DNA from: Armatimonadota bacterium
Lineage (GTDB): Bacteria; Armatimonadota; Hebobacteria; GCA-020354555; CP070648
NCBI GenBank assembly: GCA_035527535.1
Contig: DATLAK010000182.1
Span: 2,439 to 66,438 of the forward strand
Direction of reading: 5' to 3'
DNA: 64,000 nucleotides
The notes under the pieces were generated by a model. That model saw only the letters and a list, made by a program, of their open reading frames with translations. It was not told where the DNA came from and did no database searches. The number at the start of each line of letters is the position of its first letter. Positions within the stretch are counted from its first letter, which is position 1. Both the position numbers and the translations under genes were made by a program. Below, piece after piece: positions 37,420-46,295 of the stretch.

Positions 37420-38304
37420 TCACCCGGCGCTTAGCTGTCGTCTGATCGCGTCGGCGGTGATGGGCGCGCGCGAACCGGCCGCGGCCGCTGCCGCGCCGAT
37501 GCGCGCCGCCGCCAGGGGCTCCGCCCCGATCGCCGCGGCGGCGGCGACGCCGGCGATGAACTGCTCCCATGCCCGCGGATCGCCCCGGTCGAGCGCGGCG
37601 GCGAAGCTCGCGGTTTCCACCCTGCCCCCCAGCACCTGGACGCTGCCGTCATCCCGCACAGCGATGAGCGCCTCGGGGGTCGCGGCGGGCGCGTCATCCG
37701 CCGGTCCCTGCACCACGACGTCACCGGGTGGCAGCGGGCTGTCGCCCAGGGCGCCGATGACCAGCTTGCCTCGTCCCCGTGCGAACTCGGCGGCACGGGC
37801 GAGCGTCTCCGGCGCCGCCGCCCGCGGGGACACCATCACCAGCGCATCCGCCCGCGCGATCAGCGGTTCGATGTGCTGGAGCATCTCCTGCGCCGGCGGT
37901 CCTTCCAGGGGTGGGGGCGGCGCTAGCTCGATCTCCACCCTCGACCACGGCCCCGCTGCGTCGAACTCCACGACCATGCTCTCGCCCGTGCGAGCGCCCG
38001 CCGCCGTGACCATGCCGAAGGGGTCAACCCCCGCGCCGGCGAGGGCGCGCAGCACCTCGCCGGACTGCGGATCCTGCCCCAGGATACCAGCCGCCCACAC
38101 CTGGGCGCCAACCGCGGCCGCGGCCGCGGCGATGCCGCCCGCCGCGCCCACCCGCGTCGTCTGCTCCGGGGCCCGCAGCCTGAGCACGCCCGGCCCGGCC
38201 TCTACCGCTTCCCCGCGCAGCACCCGTTCCAAGGCGATATCGCCGAGCACCAGCAGCTTGGCCTGGTCAAGTCGCCCTACGATCTCCTCTAGCGGGTCAT
38301 CCAT
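37420..38304 (-). CDS. PfkB-family sugar kinase (HldE/RfaE domain-I-like)
   Basis: LLVLGDIALERVLRGE...resembles HldE kinase N-terminus VLVVGDVMLDRY; Gly-rich anion hole near C-terminus. Confidence 0.5.
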   Translation of the reverse strand: MDDPLEEIVGRLDQAKLLVLGDIALERVLRGEAVEAGPGVLRLRAPEQTTRVGAAGGIAAAAAAVGAQVWAAGILGQDPQSGEVLRALAGAGVDPFGMVTAAGARTGESMVVEFDAAGPWSRVEIELAPPPPLEGPPAQEMLQHIEPLIARADALVMVSPRAAAPETLARAAEFARGRGKLVIGALGDSPLPPGDVVVQGPADDAPAATPEALIAVRDDGSVQVLGGRVETASFAAALDRGDPRAWEQFIAGVAAAAAIGAEPLAAARIGAAAAAAGSRAPITADAIRRQLSAG

Positions 38305-38315
38305 CGGTCAACCTC

Positions 38316-38702
38316 TCAGGCCGGGCCTATGCCGAAACCGCGCCGGATGACATCACGAGCTCGCACGGCAGCCCGCCAGCATCTCTCGGCGTCCTGCCTC
38401 TGGGCGAAGACGCCGGGGTAACGAATCTCCACCGCGAAGCTGGTCAACAGCCGCAGATCATCCATGACGACATCCAACTCCGACAGCGAAGGGAGGCATA
38501 GCTTGGCAAGCGCCTCCAGGTCATGTATCTTGGGAAAGCCCAACCCCTGTTCGGCCAGCCAGGCTTTGAGGTATTTCTCTGCGCACTGCTGCGCGTGGAA
38601 GCAGATCGCGTCGTACACAGGCTCGGCGTCCTGCCGTTGGCCGACGGCCACCCGGTAGTCGCCTTCCGCCTTCTCAACCCACTCCTGCGTCATGGCCTTC
38701 AT
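38316..38702 (-). CDS. HEPN domain protein (toxin of HEPN/MNT pair)
   Basis: HEPN helices with R-x4-6-H-like motif region (EIRYPG); overlaps MNT gene by 29 nt. Confidence 0.65.
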   Translation of the reverse strand: MKAMTQEWVEKAEGDYRVAVGQRQDAEPVYDAICFHAQQCAEKYLKAWLAEQGLGFPKIHDLEALAKLCLPSLSELDVVMDDLRLLTSFAVEIRYPGVFAQRQDAERCWRAAVRARDVIRRGFGIGPA

Positions 38703-39021
38703 ACAGCACCCGGCCTTTCGTCAGCACTTCGCGCAGGAAGACGTCCCCCAGGGCCAAGCGTTCCGCGACTTGCGCGGGAGTTCTGACCAGCAGATCAGCC
38801 GGAAACGGTAGGTCCACCGCCCGGCGAATCTCCACCGCCTGTTCTACGTTCGGCAGCGACGTTTCCATTTCGACGAGCAAGTCCACATCGCTGTCCGGAC
38901 CGGGCCTGCCGCCGGCATGGGACCCGAACAGGATCACCCGGCGCGGATGGAAGCGCTCCCCAATTTGTTGCACCACCTGCTGGATGTCGGCCAGTGTGGG
39001 CGTGGTTATCAGTTCATGCAT
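38674..39021 (-). CDS. minimal nucleotidyltransferase (MNT antitoxin partner)
   Basis: GSHAGG...SDVDLLVE nucleotidyltransferase GS/DxD motif. Confidence 0.7.
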   Translation of the reverse strand: MHELITTPTLADIQQVVQQIGERFHPRRVILFGSHAGGRPGPDSDVDLLVEMETSLPNVEQAVEIRRAVDLPFPADLLVRTPAQVAERLALGDVFLREVLTKGRVLYEGHDAGVG

Positions 39022-39204
39022 CCCGGCCTACCCGTCTCGCCCGCCGGCAGGTTTCGTCCCCAGCCTTATCACCGGCAGCATTACCATGTTCCTCCGGACG
39101 GATCATGCGCAGGCGTCATTCCGAAGTAGCACAACGGCTTATCCCTCGGGCGCGCACCGACTCGTCGGGGCGCCAGAACCACATTGCCCCCCGCTGCGAC
39201 GCGG

Positions 39205-40200
39205 TCACAGACCGTACTGCCGCCGATAATACTCCAAAAACTCTCCCGACTTGATCTTGCGCCACCAGGCCTGGTTCTCCCGGTACCACTCGACGGTGGC
39301 GGCGAGGGCGGACTTGAGATCATAGGTCGGCGCCCAGCCCAGGGCCCGCAGCTTGGAGGCGTCCACCGCATAGCGCCGATCGTGGCCGGGGCGATCCTTG
39401 ACGTGGGTGATGAGGTCGTGCGGCTTGCCGAGGGCGTCGAGGATCATGGTCGCGATTTCGATGTTGGTGGCGGTCGGCGTGCCGCCGATGTTGTAGATTT
39501 CGCCCGGCTCGCCGCGCTCCAGCAGCAGCTCGCACGCGCGGCAGTGATCCTCGACGTGCATCCAGTCGCGCATCTGCCGCCCGTCGCCATAGACCGGCAG
39601 CGGCTGGTCCTCGAGGGCATTGGTGATGAACAGCGACGCCATCTTCTCCGGGTACTGGTGGGGGCCGAGGTTATTGGTGGCGCGGCTGATGATGACCGGC
39701 GCGCCATAGGTCTTCCAGTACGAGTGGGCAAGCAGCTCTCCCCCCGCCTTGCTCGCGGCATAGGGATTGCCGGGGCGCAGGCGGTCGTCCTCGCGGAATG
39801 CACCCTGCTCGATGGGGCCGTAGACCTCGTCGGTGCTGATCTGCAGGACGCGCCTGATGCCCAACTCGCGCGCGACCTCGAGCAGGACATGGACGCCGAA
39901 GATGTCGGTGCGCAGGAAGCCGCCGGGGTCGGCGATGGAGCGGTCCACGTGGCTCTCGGCGGCGAAGTTGACGATGGCGTCACAGCCCCGGGCGGCGCCG
40001 CGGGCCGCCTCGACGTCGCAGATGTCGCCCTGGACGAAGGTGTAGCGGGGATCGCCGGCGACCTCGACCAGGTTGTCGAGGTTGCCGGCGTAGGTCAGCT
40101 TGTCGAGATTGACCACCTCCCAATCGGGGTGGCCGCGCAGCAGGTAGCGGATGAAGTTGCTGCCGATGAACCCGGCGCCGCCGGTGACGAGAAGCTTCAT
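39205..40200 (-). CDS. rfbB: dTDP-glucose 4,6-dehydratase
   Basis: MKLLVTGGAGFIGSNF Rossmann motif, YAASKAG catalytic YxxxK, extended SDR architecture. Confidence 0.85.
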   Translation of the reverse strand: MKLLVTGGAGFIGSNFIRYLLRGHPDWEVVNLDKLTYAGNLDNLVEVAGDPRYTFVQGDICDVEAARGAARGCDAIVNFAAESHVDRSIADPGGFLRTDIFGVHVLLEVARELGIRRVLQISTDEVYGPIEQGAFREDDRLRPGNPYAASKAGGELLAHSYWKTYGAPVIISRATNNLGPHQYPEKMASLFITNALEDQPLPVYGDGRQMRDWMHVEDHCRACELLLERGEPGEIYNIGGTPTATNIEIATMILDALGKPHDLITHVKDRPGHDRRYAVDASKLRALGWAPTYDLKSALAATVEWYRENQAWWRKIKSGEFLEYYRRQYGL

Positions 40201-40212
40201 GATCCTATCACC

Positions 40213-40899
40213 TCACTCTGCAGGGACATTCAAGGGCATAGTGTCTCCGCGGCGTCTGTCTGTCTGGATCTCGGCGGTCGGCCTCTGCGATTCTTGAACG
40301 CCCGCGGAGCTCTGATTCCCGGATGATTCTCGTGTGACCAGTATTCCTGGAAACAGAAGCCCTATGAGGAAGAACAAGGCGAACAGACCGAACGTGACCG
40401 TGGCCAGGTGGGACTGGTTCAACTTCCACAGGCGCGGCACCCAGGTGGGCGTGAATCTCTCCATTCCTTTCTCGCCTTCTACCTCCTGCCCGTCAGAACG
40501 GAACGGGAGATCGGCAACCTCGTCGGAGAAGAACTTGCGCCCGACGGTGAACTGCGAGATGAACGGCCAGCCGTCGGCCACGCACTTTATTCTCTCCTCG
40601 ATTCTCCGGAGATAGTGCCAGATCAGCTTGTGGTCGTTTCTGATGCGGTTCAGGCTGATCATAGCGAGCAGGGCGACAGCAGCCCCGATCCCTGACACGG
40701 TCCGCCATGCAAACGACGAGATGCGCCCGCCGACGTCCGCGCTGCCCACGGCGAGTACTGTAATCATAGCTCCCATGATGATACCCAAGACAGTCAAATA
40801 CACCCTCCAATGGTCGTTCCATCGGATATGATGGTGCTCGCTTCGACTGATGAGTATCTCGTACTGCCTCATCAGGAATGCCAATTCGTTGTTCTCCAT
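40213..40899 (-). CDS. hypothetical membrane protein (low-GC gene)
   Basis: Start moved to MENNELAF with GGGAGAGAG upstream; 2-3 TM spans; GC visibly lower than flanks. Confidence 0.4.
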   Translation of the reverse strand: MENNELAFLMRQYEILISRSEHHHIRWNDHWRVYLTVLGIIMGAMITVLAVGSADVGGRISSFAWRTVSGIGAAVALLAMISLNRIRNDHKLIWHYLRRIEERIKCVADGWPFISQFTVGRKFFSDEVADLPFRSDGQEVEGEKGMERFTPTWVPRLWKLNQSHLATVTFGLFALFFLIGLLFPGILVTRESSGNQSSAGVQESQRPTAEIQTDRRRGDTMPLNVPAE

Positions 40900-41039
40900 A
40901 TTGCTCTCTCCCACATCGCGGTGCGGGGCAACTAGGTTCCTTGTCCACGTGGCAGAAACACCTTTTTGCCGAGTCACCACGCCGAGCCGGAACACTGGCA
41001 GCCCGGATGCGCAGCAGGGACCCTCCCGTGTATATCGCG

Positions 41040-41072
41040 CCACAGCCGAGGGCGGCTGTGCCACACTAACGG
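41040..41072. repeat. hairpin repeat family C (CCACAGCCGAGGGCGGCTGTGCCACACTAACGG)
   Basis: 8-bp stem CACAGCCG/CGGCTGTG + conserved CCACACTRAC tail; related copies at 46164-46192 and 55358-55386. Confidence 0.7.
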
Positions 41073-41213
41073 CCGCAGTACACCGCGACGGCGCATCATT
41101 CCGGTGAGGTTCCACGCACGTCCGCTGCCCCGGGAGTCATCACCGCAAGGCAACAATGTCTCTGGCAGCCTGCTCTTGCCGCTCTGCATTCGTGCGATTT
41201 CGGTTCTTGTTGC

Positions 41214-42311
41214 CTACACGGTCTCCAGCAGGGCATCCACAATGCGTTCGGCGGCGCGGCCGTCCCAGGCGGCGGGCCGCCTGGCTTGCGGGTACCGATT
41301 CTCCATCACCGCCGCCACCGCCTGCCCCGCCGGCTCCGCATCGAGGCCGACCAGCGTGTTGTTGCCGCAGACCACCGTTGCCGCGCGATCGGTGGCATCG
41401 GCGAGCGTAAGACAGGGCACCCCCAGGACGGCCGCCTCATCTTGGATGCCCCCGACGTCGGTCAGCACCAGGCGCGCCGAGTCGAGCAGCGACAGGAACT
41501 CGACGTATCCGCGCGGCTCGACCTCACGCACGTGCGGCAGCTCCGCGACACTCTGCGCCAGGTCCCAGTGTTTCAGCTTCTCCGACAGCCGCCGATGGAC
41601 GCACATAGCGATGGGCACCTGGTCCTGCACGCGCGCCAGCACGTCCACCAGCTTACGCAGGTTGACGACGTTCTCGATGGTGGCCGGTGACTCCACCAGC
41701 GCCAGCGCGAACTCCTTGCGCTGCAAGCCCGCCCGCGCCGGGGCATCGCTCTCACGCGCCGGCTTCAGCCAGCGCGCAACGGCGTCGGCGGCCAGGGTGC
41801 CCGCCAGCATCACCGTTTCTTCCGCCGCGCCCTCGTTCAGCAGCCGGTCGTGGGCGGGCTCGGAGGCCGCCAACAGCAGCCCGCAGGCTCGATCCATCTG
41901 CGCGGCGAGGCCGGTGCGCCCGCTGACCCCAGGGGCGCGCAGACCCGCGTCCGCGTGCGCGACCACAGCGCGGGAGCGCGCGCACGCGATGGCGCAGCCT
42001 AGCATCGTCGGCGACTGGCCCACCAGGACGACGGCGCGCAGGTCACGGGCGGCGGCGAATCGCTCGCAGCCGGTCATGACCCGCGCTAGACGTTCGGCGC
42101 GCGTGCCCTCGCTGGCGCCGATGACCGCGTCGGCATAGGGCAGCCCCAGGTCGTGGAAGAGCTCGGAGGCGGCCCAGGGGACGTAGTCCTCGCCGGCAAA
42201 GACGAACCGGGGATTGCATTCCGGGCGCGCGCGCAGCTCGGCAAGCAGAGGCGCCGCGCGCACGAAGCCGCCCCGTTCGGCGGCGATGACCGCGATGTTG
42301 AAGACGCTCAT
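41214..42311 (-). CDS. UDP-N-acetylglucosamine 2-epimerase family protein
   Basis: LTDVGGIQDEAAVLGVPCLTLADATDR matches epimerase TDSGGIQEEA...R motif; divergent N-terminus. Confidence 0.6.
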   Translation of the reverse strand: MSVFNIAVIAAERGGFVRAAPLLAELRARPECNPRFVFAGEDYVPWAASELFHDLGLPYADAVIGASEGTRAERLARVMTGCERFAAARDLRAVVLVGQSPTMLGCAIACARSRAVVAHADAGLRAPGVSGRTGLAAQMDRACGLLLAASEPAHDRLLNEGAAEETVMLAGTLAADAVARWLKPARESDAPARAGLQRKEFALALVESPATIENVVNLRKLVDVLARVQDQVPIAMCVHRRLSEKLKHWDLAQSVAELPHVREVEPRGYVEFLSLLDSARLVLTDVGGIQDEAAVLGVPCLTLADATDRAATVVCGNNTLVGLDAEPAGQAVAAVMENRYPQARRPAAWDGRAAERIVDALLETV

Positions 42312-43288
42312 GATGCCGTCAGGAACTGAGCGGCGCGCAGGGCCGCCCCGCGCTGCCCCTCGATCTCCGGTGGATGGGGGGGCGGGGGCGCCTGCGCGGC
42401 CGCGATGATGGCGTCCTCGTCCACCGCCACCGGGCGCACCCAGCCCGTGCGCTCGCCGTCGGGGAAATCGGCGGGCGCCAGCCCGATGGCGACGGTGCCG
42501 CGGAAGTACGCCTCACGCTGCAAGGTGGCGCTGTCGGTGATCACGAGAGCGGCGCGCGCGACGGCCTCCTGCAGCGGGGCGTAGTCGAGCGGCTCGACCA
42601 CGGCCAGGTTTCCCCGCGGCAGCCCGGCGGCGGCCAGGAGGGCTTGCGCGCGCGGTCCCGCGGGCATGGTCACGGCCATGGGCAACCGTCGCAGCGCCGC
42701 CAGCACGGCGGGCAGCACCGCCGGCCCCACGGCGACCCCGGCCAGGTAGCAAAGGCAGCCGTCCGCCGCGCCACTGGCCACACCCGCGACCGGGGGTGAA
42801 TCCGCCAGGGTGTCGCCGCACAGGTAGGCCGCGTCCTCCATGCCGCGCGCGGCCAGCCGCTGCACCGCCTCCAGGTGCGGCGCCAGCAGGAATGCGGCGG
42901 CCTGATCGAGCAGGCGGGCGTTGGGGTTCGCGGGATCGAGCATCACCCCGGCATCGAGATGCGCGATGGTGACCTCGGCCAGGCACGCCGCGATCGCGGC
43001 GCCGACCGCCATATCGGACTCCCCGCATGTCAGCAGCAGGTCGAACCGCCCCTCCGCCAGCAGGGACTCCGACCAGCGCAACACCGATCCCACCCGCGAC
43101 GCCGGAGTGGGGTCCTCAATCTCCAAACCCCAGTCCGGGGGCGGCGGGGCGGTCAGGTCCCAGGTGGGCACCTCGCCCGCGCATGAAACATATGCGCAGA
43201 CGATGTCGTGTTCGCCTTCCAGGCACTGGACCACCGGCGCCAGCCGGGCACGCTCGCCGCGGCTACCGGCGACGCAGAGGAGCTTCAC
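42308..43288 (-). CDS. UDP-N-acetylglucosamine 2-epimerase-like paralog
   Basis: KLLCVAGSRGERARLAPV, LLTCGESD...HLDAG, ITDSATLQREA align with WecB/NeuC-family blocks; 4-nt overlap with downstream paralog. Confidence 0.5.
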   Translation of the reverse strand: MKLLCVAGSRGERARLAPVVQCLEGEHDIVCAYVSCAGEVPTWDLTAPPPPDWGLEIEDPTPASRVGSVLRWSESLLAEGRFDLLLTCGESDMAVGAAIAACLAEVTIAHLDAGVMLDPANPNARLLDQAAAFLLAPHLEAVQRLAARGMEDAAYLCGDTLADSPPVAGVASGAADGCLCYLAGVAVGPAVLPAVLAALRRLPMAVTMPAGPRAQALLAAAGLPRGNLAVVEPLDYAPLQEAVARAALVITDSATLQREAYFRGTVAIGLAPADFPDGERTGWVRPVAVDEDAIIAAAQAPPPPHPPEIEGQRGAALRAAQFLTAS

Positions 43289-43414
43289 CCCGTCGTTCTC
43301 CGCGCACTGTGTGGTAGGGGGTCAGGACGCATGACGCAATCGCCGCGGCAGACGAGACCCAATGGGTCGGCTGCCCGCCGCCGATGTCGGCCGCCGCCCC
43401 CGAGCCCGCCGCGC

Positions 43415-44707
43415 TCACAGGCGCACGATGTTGTCCGCCCGGTAGCGCCGCAGCGCGTTGCGCGTGTCGAGGATCAGCCGGCAGCGCCGCACCAGCTCGC
43501 GGTAGGGCAGCGAGCTGTGGTCCGTGACCACCACCGCGCAGTCACAGCTCTCCATTTCCCGGGCCGTCAGCGCCACCGAATGGAGCGCCTCCCCGGTGCC
43601 GTTGACCTCCGGCACCAGGGGATCGTGATAGCGCACCAGCGCTCCCTTCTGCCGCAGCTTGTGAATCACCTTCAACGCCGGCGACTCCCGGGTGTCGGCG
43701 ACGTCGCGCTTGTAGGCCGCCCCCAGCACCAGGATGCGCGCCCCGCGCAGCGCCTGGCTGCGCTGGTTGAGGGCGTCCGCCACCCGCGCCACCACGTAGT
43801 CCGGCATCTCCTCGTTGACCGCCTCCGCCAGCTCCACGAACCGCGCCTGGCGCCCCAGCTCCCGCACGCGATAGGACAGATAGCAGGGGTCAATGGGGAT
43901 GCAATGGCCCCCCACGCCCGGCCCGGGGTAGAAGGGCATGTAGCCGAAGGGCTTGGTCGCGGCGGCGTCAATCATCTCCCATACGTCCACCCCCAGATCG
44001 GTGCACAGCACCGCCATCTCGTTGACCAGGGCGATGTTGACGTGGCGAAAGGTGTTCTCCATCAGCTTCGCCATCTCCGCGGTCTCGAGCGAGCCGACGG
44101 TGCGCACGTCGGGGGTCACCTGCGAGTAGAACGCCTTGGCCGCGCGCGCGCAGCGCGGGGTCAGGCCGCCGACGATGCGCGGCGTGTTCTCGATGTGGAA
44201 GCTGGGGTTGCCGGGGTCCACGCGCTCGGGGGCGAAGGCGAGGGCGAAATCGCGCCCCGCCTTCAGCCCCGAGCCCTCCAGCAGCGGGCGCACGATGTCG
44301 CGGGTGGTGCCGGGGTAGGTCGTGCTCTCGAGCACCACCATTGTCCCCCGCCGCAGGTGCTGGGAGACGGTGCGCGCGGCGGCGGTCACGCACGACAGGT
44401 CCGGCTGGCGGGCCTTGCCGAACGGCGTCGGCACGCAGATGGCGAAGACATCGGCCGCCAGCTCGCCAGCGTCGGCCAGCAGTTGCAGCTTGCCGTGCGC
44501 AAGCGCCTGCCGCAGGCGCTTGCGCGAGACATCGGCGACATCGCTGGCGCCGGTGCGCAGGCGGCGCACGCGCTCGGCGTTGATGTCGAAGCCGGTGACC
44601 GCGAACCCCGCCTCGGCCATGCTCACGCTCAGGGGCAAGCCGACATAGCCCAGGCCGAGAATGGTGACGCGCGCGCCGCGCCCGCGGATAGCTTGCAGCA
44701 GTGACAT
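43415..44707 (-). CDS. nucleotide-sugar dehydrogenase (UDP-ManNAc/GlcNAc 6-dehydrogenase, WecC/WbpA-like)
   Basis: N-terminal GLGYVGLP Rossmann, catalytic Cys region, UDPG_MGDP_dh domains; start moved to MSLLQAIRG. Confidence 0.8.
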   Translation of the reverse strand: MSLLQAIRGRGARVTILGLGYVGLPLSVSMAEAGFAVTGFDINAERVRRLRTGASDVADVSRKRLRQALAHGKLQLLADAGELAADVFAICVPTPFGKARQPDLSCVTAAARTVSQHLRRGTMVVLESTTYPGTTRDIVRPLLEGSGLKAGRDFALAFAPERVDPGNPSFHIENTPRIVGGLTPRCARAAKAFYSQVTPDVRTVGSLETAEMAKLMENTFRHVNIALVNEMAVLCTDLGVDVWEMIDAAATKPFGYMPFYPGPGVGGHCIPIDPCYLSYRVRELGRQARFVELAEAVNEEMPDYVVARVADALNQRSQALRGARILVLGAAYKRDVADTRESPALKVIHKLRQKGALVRYHDPLVPEVNGTGEALHSVALTAREMESCDCAVVVTDHSSLPYRELVRRCRLILDTRNALRRYRADNIVRL

Positions 44708-45087
44708 GACAGCGCCTCCGTGGCCCGGCGCCGGTGACAACCGCGGGGAACCTGCGACGCCAGCGAGGGGAAGGTGCGCTCGACCACCGCACACCATGCC
44801 CGGAGTCGGCGTCGCCGGCTGCCCCGCGCGGTCTCGAGGGCGACAGGCGAACTGCCGTCAGTCATCCTGCGCAGGCGATCAATGACTGCAACGAGCCGCG
44901 CCGAACCCAGAGCGAAGCGATTATAGCGGCGCTTGCCAGGCCGAGTCAACGCCGCCGCGCGCGAGGATGTGAAGGGTTGCGACAAGGGGGGCGCCGCGCA
45001 CGCCCAGTACCGCGCCGCAGGTTGCGGCGACGCAGGCGGCGAATAGGCAGCGCGCTGTCCATGACGGACCAAAGCGAGGAGCAGGCG

Positions 45088-46119
45088 ATGAGTTACCAGC
45101 GCGGTTGGCAGGCGATCCACCTGGAGATGCCGGAGCAAATCCCGCATACCGAGTATGTCACCCATCGCCAGTTCGTCCTCAAGGTCACCGGGTTCGATCT
45201 TGACAACCCGGAGCAGGCCGCCCAGGCCGGCCCCGCGCTCGCCAAGGCCCTGGATTACGACTTCATCTGGTCCGCCTATGGCCGCGACTGGGGCACGCCG
45301 CGCACCGACATGGGCCGGGCGAAGTATTACGAATCGGAAACGCCGTGGGCGGCGTCCTATCCGTTCAAGACGGAAGAGGAGGTGCTGGCCTTCGATCCGC
45401 TGGCGACCGCAAACCTGCCGACCATGGAGGAGCTGACGGCCGACGTCCGGCGCGCTTACGAGGCGGGCCAGGCCGCTTACCCCGATGCGGTGTTCCCCGG
45501 CGGATTCTACAACTCGGTGTTCACGTGGCCCATCCTGACCTTCGGCTGGGACTTGTTCATGACCGCGGCGATGGATGACCCCGACCGTTTCGAGCGCGTG
45601 CTGGACGGGTTCACGGAGATCAGCGCGATGGTGGTGGAGGCGCATGTCCGCGCGGAGGTGCCGATCTTCCTGTGCCACGATGACATCGTGTGGGCGAGCG
45701 GGCCGTCGTTCTCGCCGGCGTGGATGCGGCGCTATGTGTTCCCGCGCCTGAAGCGCCTGCTGCGGCCGCTGCGGGAGGCGGGAATCAAGGTGCTGTTCTG
45801 CTCCGACGGGAACTTCGACGCTTTCGTTGATGACATCGCGGAGGCGGGGGCCGAGGGGTTCATCTTCGAGCCGCTGACGGATCTGCGCTACATCGTGGAG
45901 CGCTATGGGCAAACCCACGTCATCATCGGCAACATTGACTCGCGCATACTCCAAACCAAGGGGCCGGCGGAGATCCGCGCCGAGGTCAAGCGCTGCGCCG
46001 ATCTCGGCAAGGCGTGCCCCGGGTACTTCTTCGCCGTGGGCAATCACATTCCATACGTGGTGCCCATCCCCAACATCGAGTGCTACCTCGAAGCCATCGC
46101 GGAGTACGGGAAGAGGTAG
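45088..46119 (+). CDS. uroporphyrinogen decarboxylase (URO-D) family protein, MtaA/CmuA-like
   Basis: FCSDGN and HVIIGNID blocks align with URO-D/MtaA C-terminal HxCGN and GNxDP motifs; GAGGAG 6 nt before chosen ATG. Confidence 0.6.
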   Translation: MSYQRGWQAIHLEMPEQIPHTEYVTHRQFVLKVTGFDLDNPEQAAQAGPALAKALDYDFIWSAYGRDWGTPRTDMGRAKYYESETPWAASYPFKTEEEVLAFDPLATANLPTMEELTADVRRAYEAGQAAYPDAVFPGGFYNSVFTWPILTFGWDLFMTAAMDDPDRFERVLDGFTEISAMVVEAHVRAEVPIFLCHDDIVWASGPSFSPAWMRRYVFPRLKRLLRPLREAGIKVLFCSDGNFDAFVDDIAEAGAEGFIFEPLTDLRYIVERYGQTHVIIGNIDSRILQTKGPAEIRAEVKRCADLGKACPGYFFAVGNHIPYVVPIPNIECYLEAIAEYGKR

Positions 46120-46137
46120 GGCGAGGGTGAGGAATGC

Positions 46138-46192
46138 GTAGGGGCGCACGGCGTGCGCCCTGTCCACAGCCGAGGGCGACTGTGCTACATCC
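46138..46192. repeat. fused family B hairpin (GTAGGGGCGCACGGCGTGCGCCC) and family C hairpin (CCACAGCCGAGGGCGACTGTGCTACATCC)
   Basis: Immediately downstream of the URO-D-like gene stop; likely terminator/REP. Confidence 0.6.
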
Positions 46193-46247
46193 GGGTATGC
46201 AGCCGGCCATCCCCACAGGAAACGAACATACCCAGGGTTATCGCGCG

Positions 46248-46275
46248 TGACATTTGTAGTACATCGTGATATACT
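46248..46275 (+). promoter_or_regulatory. candidate promoter/operator of TA operon (TGACAT-16 bp-TATACT) overlapping an imperfect palindrome
   Basis: TAGTACATCGTGATATACTA near-inverted repeat; AGAGGTGG SD 8 nt before ATG at 46296. Confidence 0.35.
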
Positions 46276-46295
46276 AGCGGCAGAGGTGGTGGACC

